This document shows positions 31,221 to 41,409 of a stretch of 64,000 nt of DNA, in pieces. Every line of letters starts with the position of its first letter. The stretch's first letter is position 1. The stretch is from an uncultured delta proteobacterium. Its GTDB lineage: Bacteria > Desulfobacterota > Desulfobacteria > Desulfobacterales > UBA2156. The notes under the pieces are model-generated. The model had not been told where the DNA came from. It did not search any database and saw only the letters and a list, made by a program, of their open reading frames with translations. The DNA is taken from contig CAVTQK010000024.1 in the NCBI GenBank assembly GCA_963736855.1, forward strand, positions 141,850 through 205,849, written 5' to 3'. A program made the translations under genes and the position numbers.

Positions 31221-32993
31221 TCAGCTGGGTGCGTTTGAAAGAAGAGCGTCGAACCGGATTATCGGCTCTCGAGGGGGAAGCATCAGCCCGGCTTCGACGG
31301 CATCCTTGAGATCGGCTGCGGAATCCGGATCCGCCCACCAGTACCAGTAAGCACTGCTTTCATCTCCATATTTGGACAAAACGGTGGATGGGGTGCCGAA
31401 CTTATTCCAGTAGAGGAGACGCGTGTAATTGATGTTCCAGAGAAGAACGTATGGGAAGGCCTCACAGAGGATACGGTCGATTTCCCGGCAGATGGCGTTG
31501 CGTTCCCGGACTCTAAAGAGGGGCCGTTGCGCTTCGATAAGAGCATCCACGCGGGCATTTTTCAACCCCGTAATATTACTGCTTCCCTTTCGATCGGCTT
31601 CCTTGGAAGACCACATCCCTTCAGGATCCTTGAAGACGCCGGCGCCCCAGGCTGCCCATGTCATCTGGTAGTTGAATTGGTCCATATCCTGAGCCCAGGC
31701 CGCCCAATCCTTCCTGTCGATGACAAGCTCGATCCCCACGTTCTTGAGGTCTTCGGCAAATATCGACAGAAATTTCTCGGAAGAAGCGTCCCGGGTCAGG
31801 AATTTGAAGGATAACCGTTTTCCGTTTTTGACCAAAAACCCGGTTTCCGGATCGGTTAGCCATCCCGCCTCTCTTAAAAGTGCCCTGGCCTGGTTTTTAT
31901 CGAAACGGATCATCGGATTGGGGCAGGGGTTTTCGGAGTCGTAAAGATCCTCGAAATAGGAGCGATGCAGGAAGTATTGGTTGTACATCAGGGTGGCGTT
32001 CATTTTTTCCCGGTCAAGAAGGAACGCCATGGCCTTCCGAACCTTGAGATCGTCGAAAGGGGGTTTTCGCATGTTCATGGCAAAACCCTGAAATCCGATC
32101 GGGTTGGAATTGTACACTTTCTGTTTGACGATCCAATGGTTGGAGAACCGATCCCCCCGGGTTTCATTGACCCACAGGCGGGAGGTATAGACCGGGAAAA
32201 GATCTATTTGCCCTTTTTTGAAAACCTCGAATGCATTCTCACTTTCGGCGAAAAATTTAAACTGGATACGCGCGAAATTCCCGAGGCCTTTGGAGCGGAT
32301 ATCGGAACGGTTCCACCAGTCCTGTCGGCGCTTCAGGGTCACCGTAAGCCCTTCCCGGATCGTTTCAATGCCATACGGACCGGAGACCACGGGAAACTCG
32401 AAGTTGATCTTATTGAAATCCTTTTTTTCATAAGTCCGACGACTGAGGACAAAAAAACTGCCGGCAGCCCCCAGGTTTTTCCAGTGGACATCTTTTGCTT
32501 TAAAGATAATGGTGAGGTCATCCACAACCATGGGGGGGTCGAACCGTTCCATGTCGATCTTGTGGGGCCCCGTGAGATTTTCAGGATCCATGATGGCATC
32601 GAAAGTCCATCGCACGTCATGGGCCGAAACCGGGGTTCCGTCGCTCCATTTGGCATTGTGATTCAGAAAAAAGGTAAATGTGCGTTTGTCTTTTGAAATG
32701 ATACATCTTTCCGCCAGCGCCGGTTCATACTCCAGCGTCACCGGGTTCATGGATAAAAGTGCTTCGAACAGGGACCCGAATACCTGCGCGCTTTGAGTGC
32801 TCGCATCCAGGTAGTAATTGAGACTCTTCGGGTACTGGCCCAAAAAGACCGATATCTCACCCCCCACCGGTGCATGAAGGTTTGCCATAGGGTTCGGTTC
32901 CGGTATCCATCCCCGTTTCGGATACCGCTCTTCACTTGTAGCGCACACAGGGATGCACCAGAGAATAAGAACAAGGAGAATCGCCTTTTTCAT
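31221..32993 (-). CDS. ABC transporter extracellular solute-binding protein, family 5 (YejA-like)
   Basis: P.LA, WSDG.P..A.DV, SGPY and FDDLKVRKA motifs; no permease genes adjacent. Confidence 0.88.
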   Translation of the reverse strand: MKKAILLVLILWCIPVCATSEERYPKRGWIPEPNPMANLHAPVGGEISVFLGQYPKSLNYYLDASTQSAQVFGSLFEALLSMNPVTLEYEPALAERCIISKDKRTFTFFLNHNAKWSDGTPVSAHDVRWTFDAIMDPENLTGPHKIDMERFDPPMVVDDLTIIFKAKDVHWKNLGAAGSFFVLSRRTYEKKDFNKINFEFPVVSGPYGIETIREGLTVTLKRRQDWWNRSDIRSKGLGNFARIQFKFFAESENAFEVFKKGQIDLFPVYTSRLWVNETRGDRFSNHWIVKQKVYNSNPIGFQGFAMNMRKPPFDDLKVRKAMAFLLDREKMNATLMYNQYFLHRSYFEDLYDSENPCPNPMIRFDKNQARALLREAGWLTDPETGFLVKNGKRLSFKFLTRDASSEKFLSIFAEDLKNVGIELVIDRKDWAAWAQDMDQFNYQMTWAAWGAGVFKDPEGMWSSKEADRKGSSNITGLKNARVDALIEAQRPLFRVRERNAICREIDRILCEAFPYVLLWNINYTRLLYWNKFGTPSTVLSKYGDESSAYWYWWADPDSAADLKDAVEAGLMLPPREPIIRFDALLSNAPS

Positions 32994-33032
32994 CGCCTGC
33001 TGTTTTTTGATGAAAGCCTGATTTTGTGGCGT

Positions 33033-33854
33033 TCAGACGCCTTTCAGTACATCGATCATCGAAAATACTCTGCCCTTTTCACCCAGAGCGACTTTTTTAT
33101 GGAGAAAAACAATCGCATCCGGTGTGCCGAGTGCATAGATTTCCCTTCCATTGACGTTGTGGGTGAATTCGAAATGGACCGTCCGGTCCGGCGATGTGAG
33201 GGAATAGGTGTGCCATGCATGACCGGACAGGTACTCTTGGGGTATGCCCCAACGCCGATGCTGAATCTCCGGATCCCGTTCCTTAAGGATTTGATCCTCT
33301 GAAAAAGGGATCCCGAGCCTGTTGAAATAAGTCACCATGGCCTTGGCAGTACCGGAGGTGTCTGCCTTCCCTTTCTGGTGGCTTTCTCGGATTTCAAGCT
33401 CATAGCCTTTGAAAAGACCCGGGAAATGAGCGGCAGCGTAATCCATCATGGCCTGAAAGGCGACGATCTGCTTGGCCATATTGGGGGCGATCACCGCGGG
33501 TATGACGGAGTCAAGCACGGCCTCCTCCAACTTTTTCCGATCTCCCCCGGTGGTGCCCATCACGAACGGGAGTCGCTGATTACAGTACCAGGCGGCATTC
33601 GCATTGACCGCACCCGGGTGGGTGTAGTCGACGGCGATGGCGGGTCTTCCTCCTTTTTTCATGGCCGAATCCCGATCTTGGGGGCGGATAAGCTCGACGG
33701 TCTGCGTAATAATGGTACATGTTTTTTCGGTGATTTCCGGACCTGTGAGAGAAAAAGGAAAGAGCGTGAACCGGTCGTCTTCGAGGATGTGCCGTGCCAC
33801 CATGGCGGCCATCTGGCCCGGCAGCCCGTTAACCATAACACTGATCTGTTTCAT
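33033..33854 (-). CDS. dapB: 4-hydroxy-tetrahydrodipicolinate reductase (plant-like type)
   Basis: VMVNGLPG.M, VDYTHP, FVMGTTGGDR and ESHQKGKADTSGTAKA; RBS GAGGAG before ATG 33854. Confidence 0.93.
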   Translation of the reverse strand: MKQISVMVNGLPGQMAAMVARHILEDDRFTLFPFSLTGPEITEKTCTIITQTVELIRPQDRDSAMKKGGRPAIAVDYTHPGAVNANAAWYCNQRLPFVMGTTGGDRKKLEEAVLDSVIPAVIAPNMAKQIVAFQAMMDYAAAHFPGLFKGYELEIRESHQKGKADTSGTAKAMVTYFNRLGIPFSEDQILKERDPEIQHRRWGIPQEYLSGHAWHTYSLTSPDRTVHFEFTHNVNGREIYALGTPDAIVFLHKKVALGEKGRVFSMIDVLKGV

Positions 33855-33891
33855 CGTCTGTCTCCTCTTTTCAGGGTTTGGTTGCACTCTA

Positions 33892-35600
33892 TCAAAAACC
33901 GACGGCGGTCGCAATTCTTTCAGTCAAAGCCTTAAGACGGGGAAAGGCTGCAACAGGAAGGGTTCCCATGAGGCGGGACAGGGTTTTGACTGCCGTCGGA
34001 ATGATAGGCGTCAAAGAGCGGTTTTACATTTCACGCGAGTCAAATATGCAAACGCACCCAGAGCCTGGAGATTTCTGCAAACGGCAAGAAAGCGATATCC
34101 TTCGCGGAATCGATCGGGGTTAATGGTTCGCCGTTGAGCCAGTCGCTTTATGGCAAAATCAAGGAGCATATCCTGCAGCGAGACCGGCAAATCGACGTAG
34201 GGATCGATGAGTAAAGAGGCCAGGTCGTATTGGATCGGACCGATGCGAGCCCCTTGAAAATCGATGAAAAAGATATTGCCGTTTACCACCATGATGTTTC
34301 TGGATTGGAAATCGCGGTGTATGAGACCGAAGAGGGAGTGCTCCATTGCCTGGCGTGCCAAGAGCTGAAATTCTTCTTCAAGAATGTCCAAGGGGATATC
34401 AAACCCCAGATAATGGTTGACAAAGGCATCGAGAAAGTAGCGGCACTCCCGTTCGACGATGAGGTTTTGATCATAGATCGGGGTTTGGTAAGCCCATCTT
34501 AAATCGAATCCCCGGGTTCCTTTGACAAAGAATTCAATGAGGTGTTCGATGACTTTCTTATAGATGGAAAACCGGTGTCCTGAGGATGGGGTGTTTTGAA
34601 GGTACCCTTGAAGGGATAAATCGCCGAGGTCTTCCATGACGGCCCATCCCGAGAAAGTGTCAAATGCGTGGATATCCGGTACCGGTACTCCCTTGGCTTT
34701 TAGGAATCGACCGATTTTGATCCAGGATTCCATTTCCCCGGACCTAGATTCGGTTTGGATGCCGTGATCCACAGCCACCAGGGACTTTTCATCCCGAAAA
34801 AGACGAAACCACGCACGTTCCGACCCATCTCCTGGAAGCGTTGCTTTACGGGTATGCTGGAGTGTTTCCGGAAATCGGGGCCAGGCCTCATGAAACGCTT
34901 GGGTCGAAAGGGCATCCAGTGATGCATCCCGGTATCGGCCGGGGGTACCGATGTCTTTCCAGTAGGCATGATCCGCCACGAAGGCATAAATCGGTTTGCC
35001 GTCAAGGAGCATACGACGGTAGGCATCGATGCTGTGTGAAAATCCGATTTTTGGGATGTAACCAAGAACTTGACGGTCTAAGACCTGGATGCCTGTGAAA
35101 GTCAATTTTGAAAATCCGTCGGGAATGGGCTTTGATGAGTTTTCTTGAAAAGCGTGCACTTTCCCGTTTGATTCAACGATGACGCTGTTGAACTCGGTAT
35201 CGTCGACCAGGACCAGGGTAGCCGGGCCTCCGTGGGCGAGATGGTAGTTGTAGACCGTCTGAAAATCGATGTCGGTAAGAATGTCGCCATTGATCACAAA
35301 GAACGGTTTTTCACCCAATACCGCGGCGTTGTTCGCGATGGCGCCCCCGGTTCCTAATATGGCTGGCTCGTGGGAAAGACGGACCGGTATAGGATAGCGA
35401 TTCCTTTCGATGTGAGATTTAACCTGCTCGGCAAGGTGGTGGGTATTGAGAATGACGGCCTCAGCGCCTGCACGATGGAGTGCAAAAATAAGTCGATCCA
35501 TGAGAGGCTGCCCGGAGAGGGTGAAAAGGGGTTTGGGCCGGGTCAGGGTATATGGGAGAAGGCGTGTGCCGATGCCTGCGGCAAGGATCAAAGCGTTCAT
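33892..35600 (-). CDS. Fused NDP-sugar nucleotidyltransferase (MurU-like) and APH-family sugar kinase (AmgK-like); C-terminus frameshifted
   Basis: LAAGIGTRLLPYT..PKPL, LGTGG and NGD, then GDGS.R, EDLGD, HRDFQSRN, IDFQGA and YDLASLL. The ORF stops at 34011, but removing two extra bases extends it to 33892. Confidence 0.85.
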
Positions 35601-35610
35601 GTGTCTGGGA

Positions 35611-38265
35611 CTACAAGTATGCCCGGTACCGTTTGATCATGTCTGAATAAAAGGTGATTTTTTCCTCATCCTCCAGACCTTTGATTCCCTGGGAGAGAAA
35701 AAAGTCTATGGCATTTTGATAATAAATCTTGGAAAGAGATTCTTTTCGCTCGATCTGCTTGAGCTTGTACATACGATTTCCCCTTGCCTGGATCTTGCGA
35801 AGGCGGTCTTTTGGGCTTAAGCCGTTTTTCGGACTTTTCTCGAAGAAATCGAGCACCACGGCATAGGCTTCGAAAAAAGTTTTTAGAAAACTGGTGAAAC
35901 ATTTAAGCTTCCGGAACCCGGAAGAGGTTAAATTATAGGTGTCCGGAAGCATGGGATGAGGCATGAGAATGGCGTCATCGATGAAGGCCTTAAGGTTTTT
36001 GCGGACCAGATATTCCGGGAGTCGGTCTGTGTTTAACGCAAATTCGAACTTGAAGAGTTCCTGCAGGAAGGTATAGACGGCGTGCAGGTCGGGTGCGCTG
36101 AATTGAAACGCGTCCTTTTCCAGAATGGCCAGGGCGGTAAAGGATGCCGGGAGAAAGAAAGCAACGGCGTTATTCTTGTAATATTCCAGGTTGGAACGCT
36201 GATTTTCCCTGAGCTGATAAATTGTTTCAGTATCTCCATTTCCTTTTTTGGAGGAGACTGTTTCGATAAATTTGCGCTGGAGATAATTCCCCAGAGCATT
36301 GTCTATGGCTGTCTGGGTGTCAAGGAGAAGGGAATCGGCCAGTGTCGCCTGCTGGAAATTTAAATAAGTCAGGTAGGTTTCAATATCGTCCCGGAGCTGT
36401 CGGAGGGTAAAGGTCGGTTTCGGCGCATTGAGAATGGCGCTTGCAGCCAAAGCGTGAGGCGTGACAACGGAAATACTATCAATGGCGGATGCCAGACGAT
36501 ATCCCAGATTCCGAACCACACCGTTGAAAGCCTTTTGAGAAAGGCCGGCGCCGTCAGGGGATGCCTCATTGAAGAGAGACCTTGTCGAAAAAGCCTCACC
36601 CAGTTTGATATAGATTCGGCCATACCTTTTTTTGAGAAACTTTCTGGCCTTGATGACCTGAATCAGGTTTTCAGATTCCTTCTGTCCTCCCTCTATTTCG
36701 CTCAGATAAGAACCCTCCTCCAGAACACGGTCATAGCCGATGAAAATAGGAATGAAGGTCAACTCGTCGCATGCACCGTTTTTAAAGGCGTTGAGGAGAA
36801 TCGATAAAAAGCCGAGTTTAGGCATGAGTAGCTTGCCCGTCCGGCTCCTTCCCCCTTCAATGAAAACCTTGATATTGAAGCCTTCTTCGAGGAGCTTGAA
36901 AACGTATTCGGAAAAAACCCTGGAGTACAGTACGGCGCCTCGAAAACTCCTTCGGATAAAGAAAGCCCCACACATCCTGAAGAGTGGGCCCAAAGGCCAA
37001 AAGGAAAGATTTTTCCCGGCGACGATATGGGGGGAGGGCATATTGTGGCTATACAGAATATAAGGAAGGACGAGGTAATCGATGTGGCTTTTATGACAGG
37101 GTACGAAGATGATAGGCCCGTTTTTGGAGAGTTGTTTCACTCGAGATAGAGCATTGGGGTCTATACTGACACCCTCGAACATGGATTCGAGCAGCCATTT
37201 GATAGAGAGCGCTCCGAATCTGACGAAAACGGGATTATAGTTGGCTGCGATTTCATCGATACAATCGCTGGCTTCCTCACGAACTTTGGGAAGGGGTATT
37301 TCCCTCGTTTGAGCATGATGGATTAAAAAATCATTGAGTCGATCGCTTGTAAGAATATCTTGTTTTATTTCTTCGCGGGATTTGATGATGGGGCCCGTAA
37401 TGCTTTGACGATGGCGGTTGATTTGTTCAATCAGATGCCGTCGGAGAAGAAAGGACTGGGTTTCCGTATCTTCAGAAATAACTTCAGGTTGGGAAAGAAA
37501 GGCTTTAAGATCGATGGGGTCAGGGACCTCTACAAACACTTTTCCCGGATTTTTAAAAAGAGTTACCATGCGACGAAGGCGTCCCGGATTTTCTTCGGTT
37601 CCGAAAAGGATTTCCACCAGGGTGCGGACGTTTCGGTGGGGTGTTCGGCTGAAGAACATGAGCTGAGGGACCATGAAGACCGGTCGGTCGGTCTTTTTCT
37701 GGAGTTCAATGATTTGTCGAAAAGGATCCTTTGTGTTCTTTAAGAAACGGAGGTGAAAGCCGTTCGTCTCCAAGAGTGTGACATATCCGGCATGTCCGCT
37801 CAAAAGCGACCTTTCGAAGTACTCGCTCTTAAACGGGTCCGGAAGGGATCTGTTCCGCACGAGATGATCTATGTGGGCCAGCAGGACTTTAAAGATTCGG
37901 CTTACAGGCTGGAAAGCTATCGTCCGGGAGTCGAAGGCGATTTCAGGGCAGGGAAGGCCCATTTTTGCCAGGCGGTTGTGATAAAATAGGTATTCGAAGC
38001 GGCGCCGGTATTTGCAGACATAAACAATGATGGCATTTTTAGGCAGTGTCGAGATTGCCGATGCCTGATCAGGGTCCATTCGAATACCGCTGTAAAACAT
38101 CCGGAGGATCACCTGAATAAAAAAACCGGGATTTTTGGGGAAAAAAGAGAAATAGTGATCGTGAGTGTGTCCCAGGACGGACTCAATGTGCCGGCAAATC
38201 CAATTTTGAATTCTTATTTTAAAAGATTGGGGATTTGGAAGCATCTTCGATTCCGGACGCGTCAT
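35611..38265 (-). CDS. plsB: Glycerol-3-phosphate O-acyltransferase
   Basis: HKSHIDY, AGKNL, GAFFIRRSF and FIEGGRSRTGKLL motifs; start uncertain. Confidence 0.9.
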   Translation of the reverse strand: MTRPESKMLPNPQSFKIRIQNWICRHIESVLGHTHDHYFSFFPKNPGFFIQVILRMFYSGIRMDPDQASAISTLPKNAIIVYVCKYRRRFEYLFYHNRLAKMGLPCPEIAFDSRTIAFQPVSRIFKVLLAHIDHLVRNRSLPDPFKSEYFERSLLSGHAGYVTLLETNGFHLRFLKNTKDPFRQIIELQKKTDRPVFMVPQLMFFSRTPHRNVRTLVEILFGTEENPGRLRRMVTLFKNPGKVFVEVPDPIDLKAFLSQPEVISEDTETQSFLLRRHLIEQINRHRQSITGPIIKSREEIKQDILTSDRLNDFLIHHAQTREIPLPKVREEASDCIDEIAANYNPVFVRFGALSIKWLLESMFEGVSIDPNALSRVKQLSKNGPIIFVPCHKSHIDYLVLPYILYSHNMPSPHIVAGKNLSFWPLGPLFRMCGAFFIRRSFRGAVLYSRVFSEYVFKLLEEGFNIKVFIEGGRSRTGKLLMPKLGFLSILLNAFKNGACDELTFIPIFIGYDRVLEEGSYLSEIEGGQKESENLIQVIKARKFLKKRYGRIYIKLGEAFSTRSLFNEASPDGAGLSQKAFNGVVRNLGYRLASAIDSISVVTPHALAASAILNAPKPTFTLRQLRDDIETYLTYLNFQQATLADSLLLDTQTAIDNALGNYLQRKFIETVSSKKGNGDTETIYQLRENQRSNLEYYKNNAVAFFLPASFTALAILEKDAFQFSAPDLHAVYTFLQELFKFEFALNTDRLPEYLVRKNLKAFIDDAILMPHPMLPDTYNLTSSGFRKLKCFTSFLKTFFEAYAVVLDFFEKSPKNGLSPKDRLRKIQARGNRMYKLKQIERKESLSKIYYQNAIDFFLSQGIKGLEDEEKITFYSDMIKRYRAYL

Positions 38266-38674
38266 CAAACAATCGAAAAAACCCTTGGAATATAATGGGT
38301 GTAGGTGAAAATCATTTCGATTCAAGTTATCAGATTCGAAATTTATTGCAACAGGGAAAAGGCAGACATGGAAGACCACCGACCGAAAGAACCGATTGGG
38401 TACCGATGTTTTGGGCATCACTTTTTTTAAAATTATGCTTGCGTTGATCTGCGGGTTGTGTTATCGGCATCAGATATAAAACTTAGGATGGATGTATCCG
38501 AAAAGGGCATCTTGCAGCCGATTGAAAAATCAGGATAACCATTTCAGAGGGAGGGTCCTGCGTTTAGGAAGCGGGAGGAGACCATTAAAAAGAGGGTTTA
38601 AGATCAATTTTGAACAAATTGAGGACATGGTGTTAAATTGTTTTAATCTTACTGTCAAAGGAGGATGGTTCTAA

Positions 38675-38965
38675 ATGAAAACGTTAATTGGCGGAGCGAT
38701 TGGAGCAGTTTTGGGTATCATTGGTCTTTCGGTCTGGTGGAAACCCTTCCTGCAATTATTGGCCGGGGCCATTCCAGTCATGTTGCTTCTGGGTGGCGGC
38801 TTGGCTTTGTACCTGGGATTTGATGAACTGAAGGATAGCTGGAAAAAGGATGAGCCGGCATCCGATACCTCCTTCAAGAGCGACGAGTCGGAAAAATACA
38901 AACAGGAAATCGATGATCTGAAAAAAGAGATCGATACCCTTAAGGCCGGAAAAGCGGCTCAATAA
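38675..38965 (+). CDS. Small membrane protein (two TMs plus coiled-coil tail)
   Basis: RBS AAGGAGG, hydrophobic N-terminal half, heptad-rich charged tail, followed by a terminator. Confidence 0.8.
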   Translation: MKTLIGGAIGAVLGIIGLSVWWKPFLQLLAGAIPVMLLLGGGLALYLGFDELKDSWKKDEPASDTSFKSDESEKYKQEIDDLKKEIDTLKAGKAAQ

Positions 38966-38988
38966 AAAGTATTTTCAATCAGTCATTC

Positions 38989-39018
38989 AGGCCCGGCACC
39001 CTTTCAGGTGCCGGGCTT
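38989..39018. terminator. Intrinsic hairpin between convergent genes
   Basis: AGGCCCGGCACC-CTTTCA-GGTGCCGGGCTT. Confidence 0.8.
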
Positions 39019-39023
39019 ATGCA

Positions 39024-39707
39024 TCATTTCCCCCTGCTTTTTGCGGCGGACACTGCAAGCCGGTTCGCCCGCTCATTCCCTTCTTCCCCCTTGTGCCCCA
39101 TAACATGTAGGATCTTTAAATCTTTAAATTTTGCCATCAAGGCCTTGACGGAACGGATCAACGCTTCATTCTTTTTCGCCTTCCAACCTAGTGACAAGAC
39201 TCCTTGCGCGTAGGTGCTGTCCGTGAAGAGCCTCACCGGCAAGTGCACACTCTTCAATTCCTCAAGTGCCGTCTGAATCGCCTGAAGCTCCGCGACGTTG
39301 TTGGTGGTTTCCCCGATAAACCGGGAAACCTCCTTCTCGCGCCCCTTGTGCCGCAAAAGAATCCCGATCCCGGCGGGACCGGGATTTCCGGAAGAGGCCC
39401 CGTCGGTGTAAATTAAAATGGTATCGTTGTCGATGTTCTTGGGGGAATCGTTTCGATGTTCATCGGCCGGATAGCCTTTGGAGGCTGTTCTGCCAGCTTC
39501 TGGTTTTTTACGACGGTTTTTCGTAACCGAAGAGTCGAGGGGATGGATGTTGCTTTCATGGACCCGGTATTCGTATTCCTGGTTCAGCTGGTATTTGATC
39601 AGGACTTTTCCTTCGCGAATTTCAGGCAGTCCTTGGGCGTCAAGAGCCACCCACACCTTTTGGCCCTTGAAGCGCATCCGCTTCCAATTTTTTGAGAGTT
39701 GATCCAT
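39024..39707 (-). CDS. rnhA: Ribonuclease HI with N-terminal extension
   Basis: IYTDGASSGNPG, TNNVAEL, TDS.Y and GH.G.EGNERA..LA motifs. Confidence 0.93.
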   Translation of the reverse strand: MDQLSKNWKRMRFKGQKVWVALDAQGLPEIREGKVLIKYQLNQEYEYRVHESNIHPLDSSVTKNRRKKPEAGRTASKGYPADEHRNDSPKNIDNDTILIYTDGASSGNPGPAGIGILLRHKGREKEVSRFIGETTNNVAELQAIQTALEELKSVHLPVRLFTDSTYAQGVLSLGWKAKKNEALIRSVKALMAKFKDLKILHVMGHKGEEGNERANRLAVSAAKSRGK

Positions 39708-39721
39708 GGTGTTTTCAACGT

Positions 39722-40911
39722 TTAGTGATTCAAGCATTCCGGGTACAGGAAGAAACGAGAACGAAGCTTTCTGAACGCCTCAAGATCCTCGCTCCAGGAG
39801 GCTGCGAGAGCCTCCAGGTCATCGTTTCGTTCCAGATGCAGACGGACCCTTCGATCCCCAAGAATGAGGTCGATGGGAAGCCGGTGAAATTCATACTCGT
39901 AGGGCGGCTCTTTCCATCCAAAATGTTCCGGATAAAGATGCATCACGACGCGCATCAGGTTTAAGGAGACGGCATAGGGGTTAAACCGGGATGGATCGGT
40001 GATATGCATCTGAAATCCCTTGCAGAGAACCCCTCGCCACTTGTTCCAGGTGGGTTCAAAGGCGACAGGCCTCAGGAACACGCCAGGAATACGGTTGCCG
40101 CCTAAATAGCTAAGAATATCGTATGGATCCAGATAGGGAGCACCAAATATTTCGAATGGGCGGGTGGTTCCCCTTCCCTCGGAGACGTTGGTTCCCTCCC
40201 ACAGAACCTGTCCCGGATAGACAAGAGCCGATTCCAGGGCAGGGAGGTTCGGAGAGGGGAGCACCCAGGGGAGGCCCGTATCCGAAAAATACATCTTTCG
40301 CTTCCAGTTTTTCATGGGGATGACGGTCAGATCGCACCCGATCCCGAAATGCTCGTTGAAAAGGCGTGCAATTTCGCCGATGGTAAGACCGTGGCGCATT
40401 GGAATAGGATATCGGCCTACAAAGGAAGCGCAATCCGGGGAAAGCAGGTTCCCTTCGATGACACGGCCTCCCAGAGGGTTGGGACGATCCAGAACGATAA
40501 CCTTTTTCCCCATGGTAACTGCCTTCTCCATGCAGTAGGACAGCGTGTAAATGAACGTATAAACGCGACATCCGACGTCCTGAAGATCGACCATGAGGAC
40601 ATCGATGCCTTCCATGGAAGCTTCCTGGGGTACCCGAGAGCGGCCATAGAGGCTATGGACCGGGATGTCGAACAGGGGATCCCGGGTGTCGTCGGATTCA
40701 ATCATGTTGTCCTGTTTTTCGGCATGAAAACCGTGCTGGGGGAATAGATAATCACCGGATTTTTAGGAAACGTTTCCCGGATCCGATGAATGGCGTGATT
40801 CAGGCGGCTGTCCACCGAGGCCGGGTTGCACAGCAATCCGATCCGTTGATGCCGAAGCCAATGCGGAGGAAAACGGAGCAATTCTTCAAGACCTGTGGTG
40901 ACCGATGGCAC
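39722..40911 (-). CDS. namZ: DUF1343 / NamZ exo-beta-N-acetylmuramidase, split by a 1-nt frameshift at ~40740
   Basis: GLLCNPASVD in the first frame; SLYG, DLQDVG.R.YTF, LDRPNP, RHGLTIGE and EGTNVSEGRGT in the second; adding one base to G5 (40738-40742) restores SPQHGF. Confidence 0.9.
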
Positions 40912-41057
40912 ATCGCCTCCGAAGGATTTGCCTGCAAGATTACCACAGGTTCCATTCGTCGAAAAGAAAAATGTGCCGCCCCCCGGGCCGTGTGCGCATG
41001 AGGCTGCATTTCAAAATGCCGGCATTATGTAAAGCCGGTGAAATCCGATTAAAAGGC

Positions 41058-41086
41058 TTGACAGGAATAGCTTGCGTATATATAAA
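41058..41086 (+). promoter_or_regulatory. Putative sigma70 promoter
   Basis: TTGACA-N17-TATAAA upstream of the structured element and the oxidoreductase operon. Confidence 0.6.
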
Positions 41087-41128
41087 AATCAATTTTCGAT
41101 AAAAATTTAGGTAAAACATAAATTGAGC

Positions 41129-41226
41129 GATTTTCGAATTTGCCGCAGATGCAAGGCGTCGGAAGCGAAGGTGAATTCGTACGTCGAGCTTTCGGCAACG
41201 TAGCAGATGCGGTGAAATCGGAAATC
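41129..41226 (+). other. Structured hairpin element related to the repeat upstream of recA
   Basis: 19-position outer stem (15 Watson-Crick, 3 G:U, 1 mismatch); shares CAAGGCGTCG and CGTACGTCGA with 26013-26060. Confidence 0.6.
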
Positions 41227-41409
41227 CCAAAGGGTTTTCAATTTGGCAAATAATTCCTCTGCATGCCTTTTATGGTACACCCAATAAGTGGGTAGTTGGA
41301 AAGGTCAACTCCGTTCCAACACAAAGATATTCAAACACAATTCTTTTTTGCCAAATTGAAAACGATCAATTTAGGTAAAAACAGAAAGACTGTAAAGGCC
41401 GAGCCGAAA

